Positions 38,667 to 51,139 of a stretch of DNA of 64,000 nt are shown piece after piece. The translations under genes and the position numbers were made by a program. Origin of the DNA: Mobula hypostoma (taxonomy: Eukaryota); contig NC_086097.1 in the NCBI RefSeq assembly GCF_963921235.1, positions 110,734,001-110,798,000 on the forward strand, given 5' to 3'. The notes under the pieces were generated by a model. It was not told the origin of the DNA. It saw only the letters and a list, made by a program, of their open reading frames with translations, and made no database searches. Position 1 is the stretch's first letter. Every line of letters starts with the position of its first letter.

Positions 38667-41490
38667 ATAGAACCATAGAACCATAGAAAAACTACAGCAC
38701 AGAAACAGGCCTTTTGGCCCTTCTTGGCTGTGCCGAAACATTTTCTGCCTCGTCCCACTGACCTGCACACGGACCATATCCCTCCATACACCTCCCATCC
38801 ATGTATCTGTCCAATTTATTCTTAAATGTTAAAAAAGAACCCACATTTACCACCTCGTCTAGCAGCTCATTCCATACTTCCACCACTCTCTGTGTGAAGA
38901 AGCCCCCCCTAATGTTCCCTTTAAACTTTTCCCCCCTCACCCTTAACCCATGTCCTCTGGTTTTTTTCTCCCCTTGCCTCAGTGGAAAAAGTCTGCTTGC
39001 ATTCACTCTATCTATACCCATCATAATTTTATATACCTCTATCAAATCTCCCCTCATTCTTCTACGCCCCAGGGAATAAAGTCCTAACCTATTCAACCTT
39101 TCTCTGTAACTGAGTTTCTCAAGTCCCGGCAACATCCTTGTAAACCTTCTCTGCACTCTTTCAACCTTATTTATATCCTTCCTGTAACTTGGTGACCAAA
39201 ACTGAACACAATACTCCAGATCTGTCCTCACCAATGCCTTATACAACCTCATCATAACATTCCAGCTCTTATACTCAATACTTTGATTAATAAAGGCCAA
39301 TGTACCAAAAGCTCTCTTTACGACCCTATCTACCTGTGACGCCACTTTTAGGGAATTTTGTATCTGTATTCCCAGATCCCTCTGTTCTACTGCACTCCTC
39401 AGTGCCTTAATTAACCCTGTATGTTCTACCTTGGTTTGTCCTTCCAACGTGCAATACCTCACACTTGTCTGTATTAAATTCCATCTGCCATTTTTCAACC
39501 CATTTTTCCAGCTGGTCCAAGTCCCTCTGCAGGCTCTGAAAACCTTCCTCACTGTCTACTACACCTCCAATCTTTGTATCATCAGCAAACTTGCTGATCC
39601 AATTTACCACGTTATCATCCAGATCATTGATATAGATGACAAATAACAATGGACCCAGCACTGAACCCTGTGGCACACCACTAGTCACAGGCCTTCACTC
39701 TGAGAAGCAATTCTCTACTGCCACTCTTTGGCTTCTTCCATTGAGCCAATGTCTAATCCAATTTACAACCTCTCCATGTATACCTAGTGACTGAATTTTC
39801 CTAACTAACCTCCCATGCGGGACCTTGTCAAAGGCCTTACTGAAGTCCATGTAGACAATATCCACTGCCTTCCCTTCATCCACTTTCCTGGTAACCTCCT
39901 CGAAAAACTCCAATAGGTTGGTCAAACATGACCTACCACGCACAAAGCAATGTTGACTCTCCCTAATCAGTCCCTGTCTATCCAAATGCTTGTAGATTCT
40001 GTCTCTTAGTACTCCGTCCAATAACTTACTTACTACCGACGTTAAATTTACCGGCCTATAATTTCCCGGATTACTTTTTGATCCTTTTTTAAACAACGGA
40101 ACAACATGAGCCACTCTCTAATCCTCCGGCACCTCACCTGTAGACAGCAACATTTTAAATATTTCTGCCAGGGCCCCTGTAATTTCAACACTAGTCTCCT
40201 TCAAGGTCCAAGGGAACACCCTGTCAGGTCCCGGGGATTTATCTACTTTAATTTTCCTCAAGACAGCAAGCACCTCCTCCTTATCAATCTGTACAGTTTT
40301 GATGATCTCACTACTAGTTTCCCTTAATTCCGTAAACTTCATGCCAGTTTCCTTAGTAAATACAGATGCAAAAACCTATTTAAGATCTCCCCCATTTCCT
40401 TTGGTTCCGCACATAGCCGACCACTCTGATCTTCAAGAGGACCAATTTTATCCCTTACAATCCTTTTGCTCTTAATATACCTGTAAAAGCTCTTTGGATT
40501 ATCCTTCACTTTGACTGCGAAGGCAACCTCATGTCTTCTTTTAGCCCTCCTGATTTCTTTCTTATGTATTTTCTTGCTCTTCTTATACTCCTAAAGCACC
40601 TTATTTACTCCCTGTTTCCAATACATGTCATACAACTCCCTCTTCTTCTTTATCAGAGTTGCAATATCCCTTGAGAACCAAGGTTCCTTATTCCTATTCA
40701 CTTTGCCTTTAATCCTGACAGGAACATTCAAACTCTGCACTCTCAAAATTTCTCCTTTGAAGGCTTCCCACCTACCGATCACATCTTTGCCAGAGAACAA
40801 CCTGTCCCAATCCATGCTTTTTAGATCCTTTCTCATTTCTTCAAATTTGGCCTTCTTCCAGTTCAGAACCTCAACCCTAGGACCAGATCTATCCTTGTCC
40901 ATAATCAAGTTGAAACTAATGGTGTTATGATCACTGGAACCAAAGTGCTCCCCTACACAGACTTCCGTCACTTGTCCTAACTCATTTCCTAACAGGAGAT
41001 CCAATATTGCATCCCCTCTAGTTGGTCCCTCTATATATTGATTTAGAAAACTTCCCTGAACACATTTTACAAACTCTAAACCATCTAGACCCTTAACAGT
41101 ATGGGAGCCCCAATCAATATATGGAAAATTAAAATCCCCTACCACCACAACTTTATGTTTCCTGCAGTTGCCTGCTATCTCTCTGCAGATTTGCTCTTCC
41201 AAGTCTCGTTGACTATTGGGTGGTCTGTAATACAATCCCACTAATGTGGCCATACCTTTCCTGTTTCTCAGCTCCACCCATAAGGACTCAGTAGACAAGC
41301 CCTCTAATCTGTCCTGCCTTAGCACTGCTGTAATATTTTCCCTAACAAGCAATGCTACTCCCCCACCTTTCATTCCTCTGCCTCGATCACATCTGAAACA
41401 TCGGAACCCTGGAATATTAAGCTGCCAGTCCTGCCCGTCCTGTAGCCAAGTTTCACTAATTGCTATAACGTCACAATTCCACGTGTCAAT
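38667..41490 (-). mobile_element. CR1 LINE, near-complete ORF2 (endonuclease plus RT) with a few disruptions
   Basis: Endonuclease ORF 40591..41373 (GGGVALLV, YYRPP, GDFN, SDH), RT ORFs 39695..40114, 39407..39688 and 38692..39552; (ATGGTTCT)n tail. It interrupts a Rex1-type 3' end (38581-38666 / 41491-41590). Confidence 0.95.
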
Positions 41491-41859
41491 TCTATATTAA
41501 AAAGTTAACTAATTTGTGCAAAACAAAGTAGAAGTATTGCTCATCGGTTCAATGTCCATTCCGAAATCTGATATCAGAGGGGAAGAAGCAACACAGTAAA
41601 AAATGCTGGTGAACGCAGCAGGCCAGGCAGCATCTATAGGAGGAGGTACAGTCGACATTTCGGGCCCAGAGCCTTCGACGAAGACTTCCCAAGGAAAATT
41701 AGCCTGCGTTTGTCAGGATTAAATTCCATCTACCATTGCTCTGCCCGTCTTCCCAACAGATCAATATTGTACTATAGCCTATGACTACCAACAATACCAC
41801 TGGTGTTCCTGCAAACTGATGAACCGTTCCTCCTAGATTCAGCTCCATTCTTTAACATA

Positions 41860-42383
41860 CACCCAGTGGCCACTTTATTAGGTACACAACTGGAACCTGG
41901 TACCGTCTTCTGCTGCTATAGCCCATCCACTTCAAGGTTTAACATGTTGTGCATTCAGAGGTGCTCTTCTGCACACCACTGTTGTAAGGCGTGGTTATTT
42001 AAGTCTCCTTCCTGTAACCTTGAACCAGTCTCGCCACTCTCCTGTGACTTCTCCCATTAACATGGAATTTTTGCCCACAGATCTGCTGCTCGCTGATTGT
42101 TATTTTCTTGTTTCTCGCACCATTCTCTGTAAACTCTAGAGACTGTTGTGCGTGAAAAATTGCAGGAGATCAACAGCTTTTAAGATACCCCGTCTGGTAG
42201 TAACAATCATTCCATGCTCAAAGTCACTTAGATCACATTTCTCACCCATTCCGATGTTTGATTTGAACAACAACTGAACCTCCTGAGCACGTTTGTATGC
42301 TTTTATGCACAGAGCTGCTGCCACATGATTGGCTGATTAGATTTGCATTAACGAGGTGTTCAGGTGTACCTCATAAAGTGACC
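41860..42383 (-). mobile_element. Non-autonomous Tc1-like element with inverted termini
   Basis: cagtggccactttattaggtacac ... gtgtacctcataaagtgacc; HTH remnant GEKCDLSDFEHGMIV. Confidence 0.8.
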
Positions 42384-42957
42384 TCCTCCACTCCTTACGT
42401 GTCCATTATTACTCTTAAATACACTATGGGATCTGCTTCCACCACCATCCCTGGCAGCGTGTGTTTCAGACACCTAACACTCTGTATAAACAGCTTACCC
42501 TGCTCATCGCTTTTTAACTTTCCCTCTCTCACCTTAAAGCTATGTCCTGTAGAATTTGACATTTCTAACAGAGGTATGGATTCTGTCTACTTCTGGGTCT
42601 AAAAACTGTGCTTTCACCGCAGAACTAGTTTGAGAACCCAAAGAATTTTATGAAACATATACAGTGTATTCTGGTTAACTGGAACTCATAAGGACCAGTA
42701 CATTTTGGACCAATTAAGCGGTTGCCCCAATTATCCAAGGTTCCCTGGAAATAGTTAAGAAGGTCTAAAAACAGAAACTGAGTAACAAACTATTTAAATG
42801 AAATAAAGAACAAATTAGAACACTACCAATAGTACTACAGTACTATAAAAAACTGTATTAGCTCCTAATAGTTATCGACAGAGAAATTCATCCATTGTAT
42901 GTAATGAATAAAATCAACAGAGACACTTAGTATAGATAATGGACTGCCTTCCTCTAA

Positions 42958-43166
42958 CACGAGGAATTCTGCAAATGCTGGAAATTCAAGCAACACACAT
43001 CAAAGTTGCTGGTGAACGCAGCAGGCCAGGCAGCATCTCCAGGAAGAGGTACAGTCGACGTTTCGGGCGAAGTCCTGACGAAGGGTCTTGGCCCCAGACG
43101 TCGACTGTACCTCTTCCTAGAGATGCTGCCTGGCCTGCTGCGTTCACCAGCAACTTTGATGTGGGT
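42958..43166. mobile_element. Palindromic Penelope-like terminal-repeat insertion
   Basis: Two inverted copies of the terminal repeat; 13-bp TSD tgccttcctctaa (42945-42957) / tgccttcctataa (43167-43179). Confidence 0.9.
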
Positions 43167-43569
43167 TGCCTTCCTATAATGCTACCAATAATTGCATCCT
43201 CCAAATCTTCATTTTCATTGTAAAATCCAAGATGATTATTGACACCTTCAAATTCTTTGTAGTCCCAAACTTGTTGAAGTAGTGAAATCGTTTCATTTTC
43301 ACTCTTGACCATTTCTGGCATCTCAAGCCAGAATGCCTAAAACCACAGTGAACAAAACGGTTCAGTTTTGTCTTACTGCTTATTTCTTGCTAACTATCAC
43401 TGACAAACAAACTCTGCTTGCTATTTATAAACTGTTCCTCCTAGACTGTGCAGTGTCTAATGGTCACACAAGTTCGCGCAACTGACGCTAGTTAGAACCA
43501 ATTAAGTGGCCTAGTGTCCCAAATAAATGACGAGAATCCTGGCAATATCTTTCTTTGCTGAAAGTAATA

Positions 43570-43730
43570 GTAGTGATAGACGAGTGTTTTTATGATTATA
43601 AATCTGTAACAAGCAATGTCCCATAGGAATCAATGCTGACACCTTAGTAGTTTTCGATATATATAAAATAGCTTGAATGAGAATGCAGGAGGCATGTATA
43701 ATTGTTAAGGCACGGATAGCGAAGGTGTTT
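43570..43730 (+). repeat. 161-bp direct duplicate of 44385-44545
   Basis: Compared base by base: two mismatches. Confidence 0.95.
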
Positions 43731-43922
43731 TCATTCTTCAAGAGTTGTACTAAATGATCCGTTGCCCCTATTAGCCAATGGTCCAATTAACCAGAATCCA
43801 CTGTATTTACAAATATTTACAGGATCATTGTGGAATGTACTGAAACTCCATCCAAGGTACGAAGAACCATTGGCTAAACAAATCTAATCAATTTCCATAA
43901 AACAGGAAGATGGGCGACCTAC

Positions 43923-43990
43923 TTCAGCAAAGTGGCCTGCTATCCCAGCTTGGCAGGAACCATGTTCTTCTCCATATTTCTTCTTATATT
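43923..43990 (-). CDS. ITGA9: Integrin alpha-9 coding exon (equivalent to exon 5), 68 nt, phase 1 to 0
   Basis: ctgcag|AATATAAG...GCTGAA|gtaggt; translates (E)YKKKYGEEHGSCQAGIAGHFAE; phase is compatible with both neighbouring exons. Confidence 0.95.
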
Positions 43991-44597
43991 CTGCAGAAAA
44001 AACATTATGATTAGTTACTGAACACTTGCTACGAAGATGCTGTCAATGTTCTAAAAACTAATGTTCTATGGTGCTTCATGACACCAAAGAAAATCATATG
44101 GATATTTGTGTATTGTGCGCAATGCAATATATTGCCCAAATCACTCAGGTCCCACACACTGTAAAAACTAAAATTCTGGCCAATTCTACAAAAATCAACA
44201 GCATTTGACGTAACCAAGAAAGTTCATGAAGAGAGAGCAGAAGATAATGTTTATATGGATTTAGAAGGACATCATAAAGACTTTTGACATGCACACTAGG
44301 CTGGTCCAGTAGGTTAAGGCTCAAGAGATGCAGGACGCATTTGCAAATTGGATCTAAAATTTACTTCAGAATATGAGGCAGAGGGTAGTGATAGACGAGT
44401 GTTTTTATGATTATAAATCTGTAACAAGCAATGTACCATAGGAATCAATGCTGACACCTTAGTAGTTTTCGATATACATAAAATAGCTTGAATGAGAATG
44501 CAGGAGGCATGTATAATTGTTAAGGCACGGATAGCGAAGGTGTTTACTCAAGGCTATAATGGGACTTAGATCAACTGGGACATTTGATGGAATTGTG

Positions 44598-45414
44598 GAA
44601 CTTTCTGCCCCTTACACCACTGGTGATTGGACAGCTATGAAGCCCTCCATCTCTGATATTGTTAGCCCTGAGCTGAGCCCCCGAGCCTGGAGGACCAGTG
44701 GTCCACTCTTAGTCTGGCCTCTACCCTTTGACCTGTTTGGTATGGGTGACCCTACAAAAGCCAAAGCATAAAGCCCTGACTCCAGCCAGCATAGCTCTCC
44801 AGTCATTGAGGCATACAAGCCTCTATGTCATAACAAGGTTGTGGTCCTCTTGGAGGTTTGTGTCATCTGCAAACCTAATAATTATATTTTCTATATTCTT
44901 AACTAAATTGTTACCTCTTGTACCTAATAAAGTGGCCACTGAGTGTATGTTCATGGTCTTCTGCTGTTGTCACCCATCCACTTCAAGGTTCAATGTGTTG
45001 TGCATTCAGAGATGCTCTTCTGCACACCACTGTTGTAGGGCGTGGTTATTTGAGTCACCTTCCTGTCAAGTTTGAATCAGTCTAGCTATTCTCCTCTGAC
45101 TCTTCCCATTAGCAAGGCATTTTCTCCCACAGACTGCTCACTGGATGTGCTTTTGTTTTTTTACACCATTCTCTGTAAACTTTAGAGACTGGTGTACATG
45201 AAAATCTCAGGAGATCTGTAGTTTCTCAGATACTCAAACCACCCTGTCTGGCATCAACAATCATTCCACAGTCATAGCCACTTCATTTCTTCCCCAGTCT
45301 GATGTCTGGTCTGAGCCAAAGCACACGGCTCTGACTTCAGACATCATAGCTCTCCAGGTCATTCAGGCACACAAGCCTCAAAACTCTACAGCAAGGTTGT
45401 GGTCCTCTTGTAGA
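44598..45414 (-). mobile_element. Composite retro-unit: RTE head + Tc1 fragment + CR1 spacer + RTE head/tail
   Basis: 9-bp TSD ggaattgtg at 44589-44597 and 45415-45423 inside a decayed plus-strand CR1; internal junctions are shared with 32130-33000. Confidence 0.75.
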
Positions 45415-45724
45415 GGAATTGTGTCAAATAACATTTAATCCAGACAACTCTGAACTAATAACTGGAAAGTCAGCTTCTGGTAGTATACGCACAGTTATCT
45501 TAGGAGCAGAAATGTTAGGAGCATTAATGTACAGAAAGCCCTTGGGGTGCAAGGTTCTCTGAAAGTGGTGACACATGTGAAAAGGGTATTGAAGAAGATA
45601 CTTGGTTTGCTGAGGCATAAAGTGTAAGATTTGGTACATCATGTTGTAGTTGTAAACACTGATCAGGTTGCACTAGGGTATTGTGTACAGGATTGGTTGC
45701 CACACTGCAAGGATGTGGATCGCC

Positions 45725-46005
45725 ATGGTAACGTAGCGGTTAGAGCAACACTATTACAACTTGCGGCATCAGAGTTCAGTTGTAGTGATGCCTGTAAGAA
45801 GTTTGTACGCCCTTCGCGCGCATTTCCTTCAGGTGCCTCCATTTCCTCCTACAGTCCAAAGACGTACTAGCTCACAGGTTAATCGGTCATTGTAAACTGT
45901 CCTGTGATTAGGCAAGAGTTAAATAGGTGGGTTGTTGGGCAGTACGGCTCATTGGTCCACAAGGGCCTGTTCCACACTGTATCTCCAAATTAATAAATAA
46001 TAAAA
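45725..46005 (+). mobile_element. tRNA-headed V-SINE/HE1-like SINE
   Basis: gtagcggttag head, core atttcctcctacagtccaaagacgtac, CR1-like tail gggcctgttccacactgtatctc and an A-rich end. Confidence 0.75.
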
Positions 46006-46989
46006 TGTGGCAGCTATGGGGAGAGGGCAGAAGGATTTAGCAGCACAATGCCTGGAAAGGAGGGTTGTTGTTATAAGGAATGATTCGATAGACAGGGTTT
46101 ATTCTCACAGGAACATAGGAGGCTGAAGTTTATGAAATTATGAGCCATACAGAGAGGATAGGGAGTCAAGAATCTTTTTCTCAGGGCAAAACAATCCCCA
46201 ACTAAAGCACCCATCTTTTCAGTGAGAGGGGATAAACTGAAAGGAGTAAGTTTTTCTACATAGGGTGGCGGTTAGCTGGAATGAGCTGTCAGAGGCAGTG
46301 GTCAAGGCAAATACAATTACAGCACCCAATTTGTATTTGGATGGCTACTTGGATAGGAAAAGTGCAGAGGATTAGGTGCCTGATGCAGGTGAATGGGATT
46401 AGTATCATGGTCAGATGAGGTGGCTGAAAGGTCCCATTGCTGTGTGGCATAATTCAGTGATCCTTTTGCACCCCCAGTTTCTGACATTGGAAGGTTTGTG
46501 TAAGTGCATTAGCTGTGAAATTCACCAGCAAAATAAACTTTCAACCTATTAACTTTCAGCTGGGTAGACCAGACAGAGACAGACAGAAACAGAATCTTGA
46601 TCTCAGCTGCTGTCTTTGAGAACTTAAATGTTTCCCCTTCAACACACTTGCTGGGTCTTTCTGTCTCTTCTCACATCCAAAAGGCATGCAAGCAGATAAA
46701 TCAGTGACCATAAATTTTGACAGAAGATCAAAAGGCGAAGGAGAGTAACTTACCAGGCCACAGTGGAATATGATAAAGGGGAAATGCTAGATGGTGCAGA
46801 GGGCCACATTCTATGTAATGATAAGATTATTACCCTATGTAGAGTTACACCCATCATCTATTATGGAAGATAGATGCTTAGCACAGGAGTGCCCAAATTC
46901 TTCTGCTTCAAACTAGACTGTATGCAATATTCAGCCACATCTATCTCCAACTGCTGATGTAAATAAATATGGTGTTGTGATTAGCACAT

Positions 46990-47665
46990 TGAGGGAGGAG
47001 AAGATGGCGACGTGACGCAGCGCTCGCGGCCTCTGCGGTGAAATATCGTATTTGTTAAATAGGGGCCATGCACAATCCTGATTTGATGGAGACGGATGTG
47101 AGAAGCACGGAGGAACATCTGGAGAAACTTCTGAAATGCCTGGTTTGCTGCCGCTGCTACTGTGCAATCGAGAATCTCCCGAGGGAAGGCCCCAAATCCT
47201 CGGTTTTGGCTGTTGCTGGCGGCCAGGGATGGGGTCGAAGTGCTCGGCAGAGATGGTGCTCGATGTCGGAGGGCTGGTCGGAGGCTCAAAGTTTTCGGAC
47301 GGACTGAGAGTCGGATTGTGGTCAGGTGCTTCCAGGATGCTGCATCCGCAAGTTTGCAGCGCTGGAAGCTCATGGCAGGGAGAGTTTTCTTCCTTCTACC
47401 GTCTGCGTGAGATGTTGGGACTTTCGAGAGACTTTGAGACTTTTTTTTTACCGTGCCCATGGTCTGTTCTTCTATAAAATTACAGTATTGCTTGCACTGT
47501 TGTAACTATAAGTTATAATTATGTGGTTTTTGTCAGTTTTTCAGTCTTGGTCTGTCTTGTGTTTCTGTGATATCAAACTGGAGGAACATTGTATCATTTC
47601 TTAATGCATGCATTACTAAATGACAATAAAAGAGGACTGTGTGTCCTCATAATCTAATCTAATCT
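46990..47665 (+). mobile_element. Non-coding, non-tRNA retroposon with a Rex1-type (AATCT)n tail
   Basis: 21-bp TSD aatatggtgttgtgattagca at 46966-46986 and 47666-47686; CpG-rich head gaggagaagatggcg; tail tgacaataaa...(aatct)3. Confidence 0.8.
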
Positions 47666-49244
47666 AATATGGTGTTGTGATTAGCATATATCCACCAAAG
47701 ATGCAAAATGACAAGGATCCCTGCTTCAAACTTGAGCACATTTACCGGGTGAACGAGTAGTCTTTGGGGTTACACAAGTCCGTGTCTTTATTGATGCACA
47801 CTTGAGTGCTCGGGGATGGGTCACCAATGCTTTTTTTTGCTGGTGGGGAGGGAGTAGATCGTTGCTTTGCTGCTGCTTACATGTGGGAGGGGGGAGCTGG
47901 GGGGGGCTTTGGGGTTCTAACATTTGGGGGTTCTCATTCTTTGGGGCACTCCTCTGTTTTCATGGATGGTTGCAAAGAAAAAGAATTTCAGGATGTAAAT
48001 TGTATACATTTCTCTGACATTAAATGTACCTTTGAAACTTTGAAACATTTACATGGAGCGTGCCACAAGAAAGCAGCCTCCATCATCAAGAAACCCGCCA
48101 TCCAAGCCATGCTCTCTTCTCACCATCAGGCAGGTGGTACAGAAGCCTTAGGGCCTACACTACCAGACTCAGGAATAGTTATTATCCTACAACCCTCAGG
48201 CTCCTAAGGAGCATGGATAACTTCAATCATCACTGCTCTGAACTACAAGCTACAGGCTCACTTTCAGGGACTCTTTACAACTCATTATTTTTTTTATTGG
48301 CACATTGCACATTGGTTGTTTGTCAGTCTTTGTTTATGTAGTTTTATTTTATTAAACTCTATCGTAATTCTTGTTTTTTTGTAAGTGCCTGCAAAAAAAA
48401 CAATCTCTAGATGGTATACAGTCCAATGACAATACATTTTCAGTTGACTTTGCTGCCCATAAATTAAAATAGAACAAAAATCTAATATGCTGAATATCAA
48501 TAATTTGGATGAGGCAACCAAATGTAATAGGTTTCCTGACATGATGGAATGAAGTGGATTTGAGAGTGAGGAGGAGAATGCAATTTAGACTAGTTGAACA
48601 ACTGGGCAAATGCACAGCAGAAACAGTACAACGTGGAGTCATTTTTTTAAAAAACGAAAACAGAATGGCAAAGTACTGCTTAAGGGCTGTAGACTGGGGA
48701 AAAACACAGGATGTACCTGCTTGAATCGGGACTGACAAGAAAATGATAAGTTGATCTTCACCCCAAGAGGCTTTGAGTTCAGCAACAAAATGCCTTGCTA
48801 CCATTTTTCAGAACTTGGGTGAGATGGCACTTCAAGTATCGCGTGCTGCTTTAATCTCCTTACCAAAGAAAATACACACTTGCCAAAGGGGACATACTAC
48901 AAAGGTTCACCAAAATGATTCCCGGGATATTAGGACTGTCTTATGAACAGAGATTGGATCGATTACACCTATACCCAGGGATCTTTAAAACTTACAAAAT
49001 TCTGACAGGGCTTGACGGGCCAGATACTTCCCTTGACTGAGGTTTATGGAACCAGCAATCACAGTCTCAAGATACAGGGCAAAACACTTAAGAGGAGTAA
49101 TTTCTCAGAAGGTGATGAAACTGTGGAATTCTCCACCACAAAAAACTGTTGAAGCCAGCTTGCTGAATACAGGCAACCCCTGCACAACAGCCATTCCACT
49201 TACAGAATTCATATAACACTGCCCAAAAATTTAAGATAGAAAAT

Positions 49245-50313
49245 ACAACTTGCTATTAGGAATTTATGTACCTAAATTTCTGTATCTATTTCAGGCAGTA
49301 CCAATCTTCATCTCCAAATCCTTTTTTGATATTATTGATTCTAAAATTTCTTCATATATATGGCAGAATAAAAATCCTAGATTAAGTAAGAAATATTTAC
49401 AGAAATCAAAAAGGATGGCGGTTTGACATTGCCAAACTTTAGATTCTATTATTGGGCAATTAATATTCGGTACCTAACATTCTGGACGCAAGATTTGGAT
49501 GAAATTCAATGTCCACGATGGATGAACCTCGAGTATGAGTCTGTACAGGGGTTCTCATTGGCTTCTATTTTAGGGGCTTAGCTTCCCTTTGCACTTACTA
49601 AACTGAATAAACAAACGATTAATCCAATAATTAAACACACAATACAAATATGGTTTCAATTTCGTAAATTTTTTGGATTGAATAAATTTATCCTATCAAG
49701 TCCTATTATATCCAATTTTTTTCTTCCAACCATCCAGAACTGATCAAGCTTTTCTTTTATGGAAAACCAAGGGAATAATATGTTTTCGTGATTTATTCAT
49801 GGATAATTGTCTCATGTCCCTTGAGCAGTTGTCTAATAAATATAATTTGCCTAGATCACATTTTTTCAGATATTTACAGATTAGAAACTTCTTGGAGGTT
49901 ATTTTACCTACTTTTCCGATATCACATCAAATTGAAATTACAGAAATTTTTTTAGGTTTAAACCCTTATCAGAATAGTTTAATAGCAATTATTTATGATT
50001 TAATTACGAAAATACATTTAGGTATGTCTGATAAAATTAAGAATGAATGGGAAAGAGAACTTCAGGCATCTTTACCCATAGAGAAATGGGAGAAAATTCT
50101 CCAACTAGTTAACACTTCAATGTGCGCCAGAAACGCTTTGATACAATCAAAGGTGGTACATAGGGCCCACATGTCTAATATAAGTTAGCTCGTTTTTATG
50201 GTCATATAAATCCTGTCTGTGACAGATGTAATTCTGAGGTAGCTTCCTTGATGCATATGTTCTGATCTTGCCCTCTTTTGGAAAAATATTGGAAAGACAT
50301 TTTTGACATTATT
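49245..50313 (+). mobile_element. L1 fragment, same family as 8309-11988
   Basis: Colinear with ~10255-11330 (WQNKNPRLSKK, MSLEQLSNKYNLPRSHFF, KVVHRAHMS); cut at the 3' side by a Penelope-like element. Confidence 0.9.
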
Positions 50314-51139
50314 TCGCAAACACGAGGAAATCTGCAGTTGCTGGAATTTCAAGCAACACATATAAAAATTGCTGGTGGAACGCAGCAGGCCAGGCAGCAT
50401 CTCTAGGAAGAGGTACAGTCAACGCTTCGGGCCGAGACCCTTCATCAGGACTAACTGAAAGAAGAGATAGTAAGAGATCTGAAAGTGGGAGGGAGAGGGA
50501 GAGATCCGAAATGTTAGACAGGAGGGGGAAGGGACGGAGCTAAGAGCTGGAAAGTTGATTGGCAAAAGGAATATGACAGGATCATGGTACGGGAGGCCTA
50601 GAGAGAAAGAAAGGGGGAGGGGGAAGCCCAGAAGATGGGCAAGAAGTATAGTGAGAGGGACAGAGGGAGAAAAAGGAGAGAGAGAGAGAAAAAAAATAAT
50701 AAAAAATAAATTAATAATGGATGGGGTACGAAGGGGAGTTGGGGCATTAACAGAATTTAGAGAAGTCAATGTTCATCCCATCAGGTTGGAGGCTACCCAG
50801 ACAGAATATAAGGTGTTGTTCCTCCAACCTGAGTGTGACTCCATCTTGACAATAGAGGCGGCCATGGACAGACATATCAGAATGGAAATGGGACGTGGAG
50901 TTAAAATGTGTGGCCACTGGGAGATCCTGCTTTCTCTGCCGGACCGAACGTAGGTGTTCAGCGAAATGGTCTCCCAGTCTGCTCCAGGTCTCGCCAATAT
51001 ATAGAAGGCTGCATCGGGAGCACCGGACGCAGTATATCACCCCAGCTGACTCACAGGTGAAGTGTTGCCTCACCTGGAAGGACTGTTTGGGACCTTGAAT
51101 GGTGGAGAGGGACGAAGTGTAAGGGCATGTATAGCACTT

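Larger units (their letters stand above)
42662..43803. mobile_element. pogo/Tigger-like non-autonomous element carrying two nested inserts
   Basis: TA|cagtgtattctggttaactgg ... ccaattaaccagaatccactg|TA terminal inverted repeats. Confidence 0.85.
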
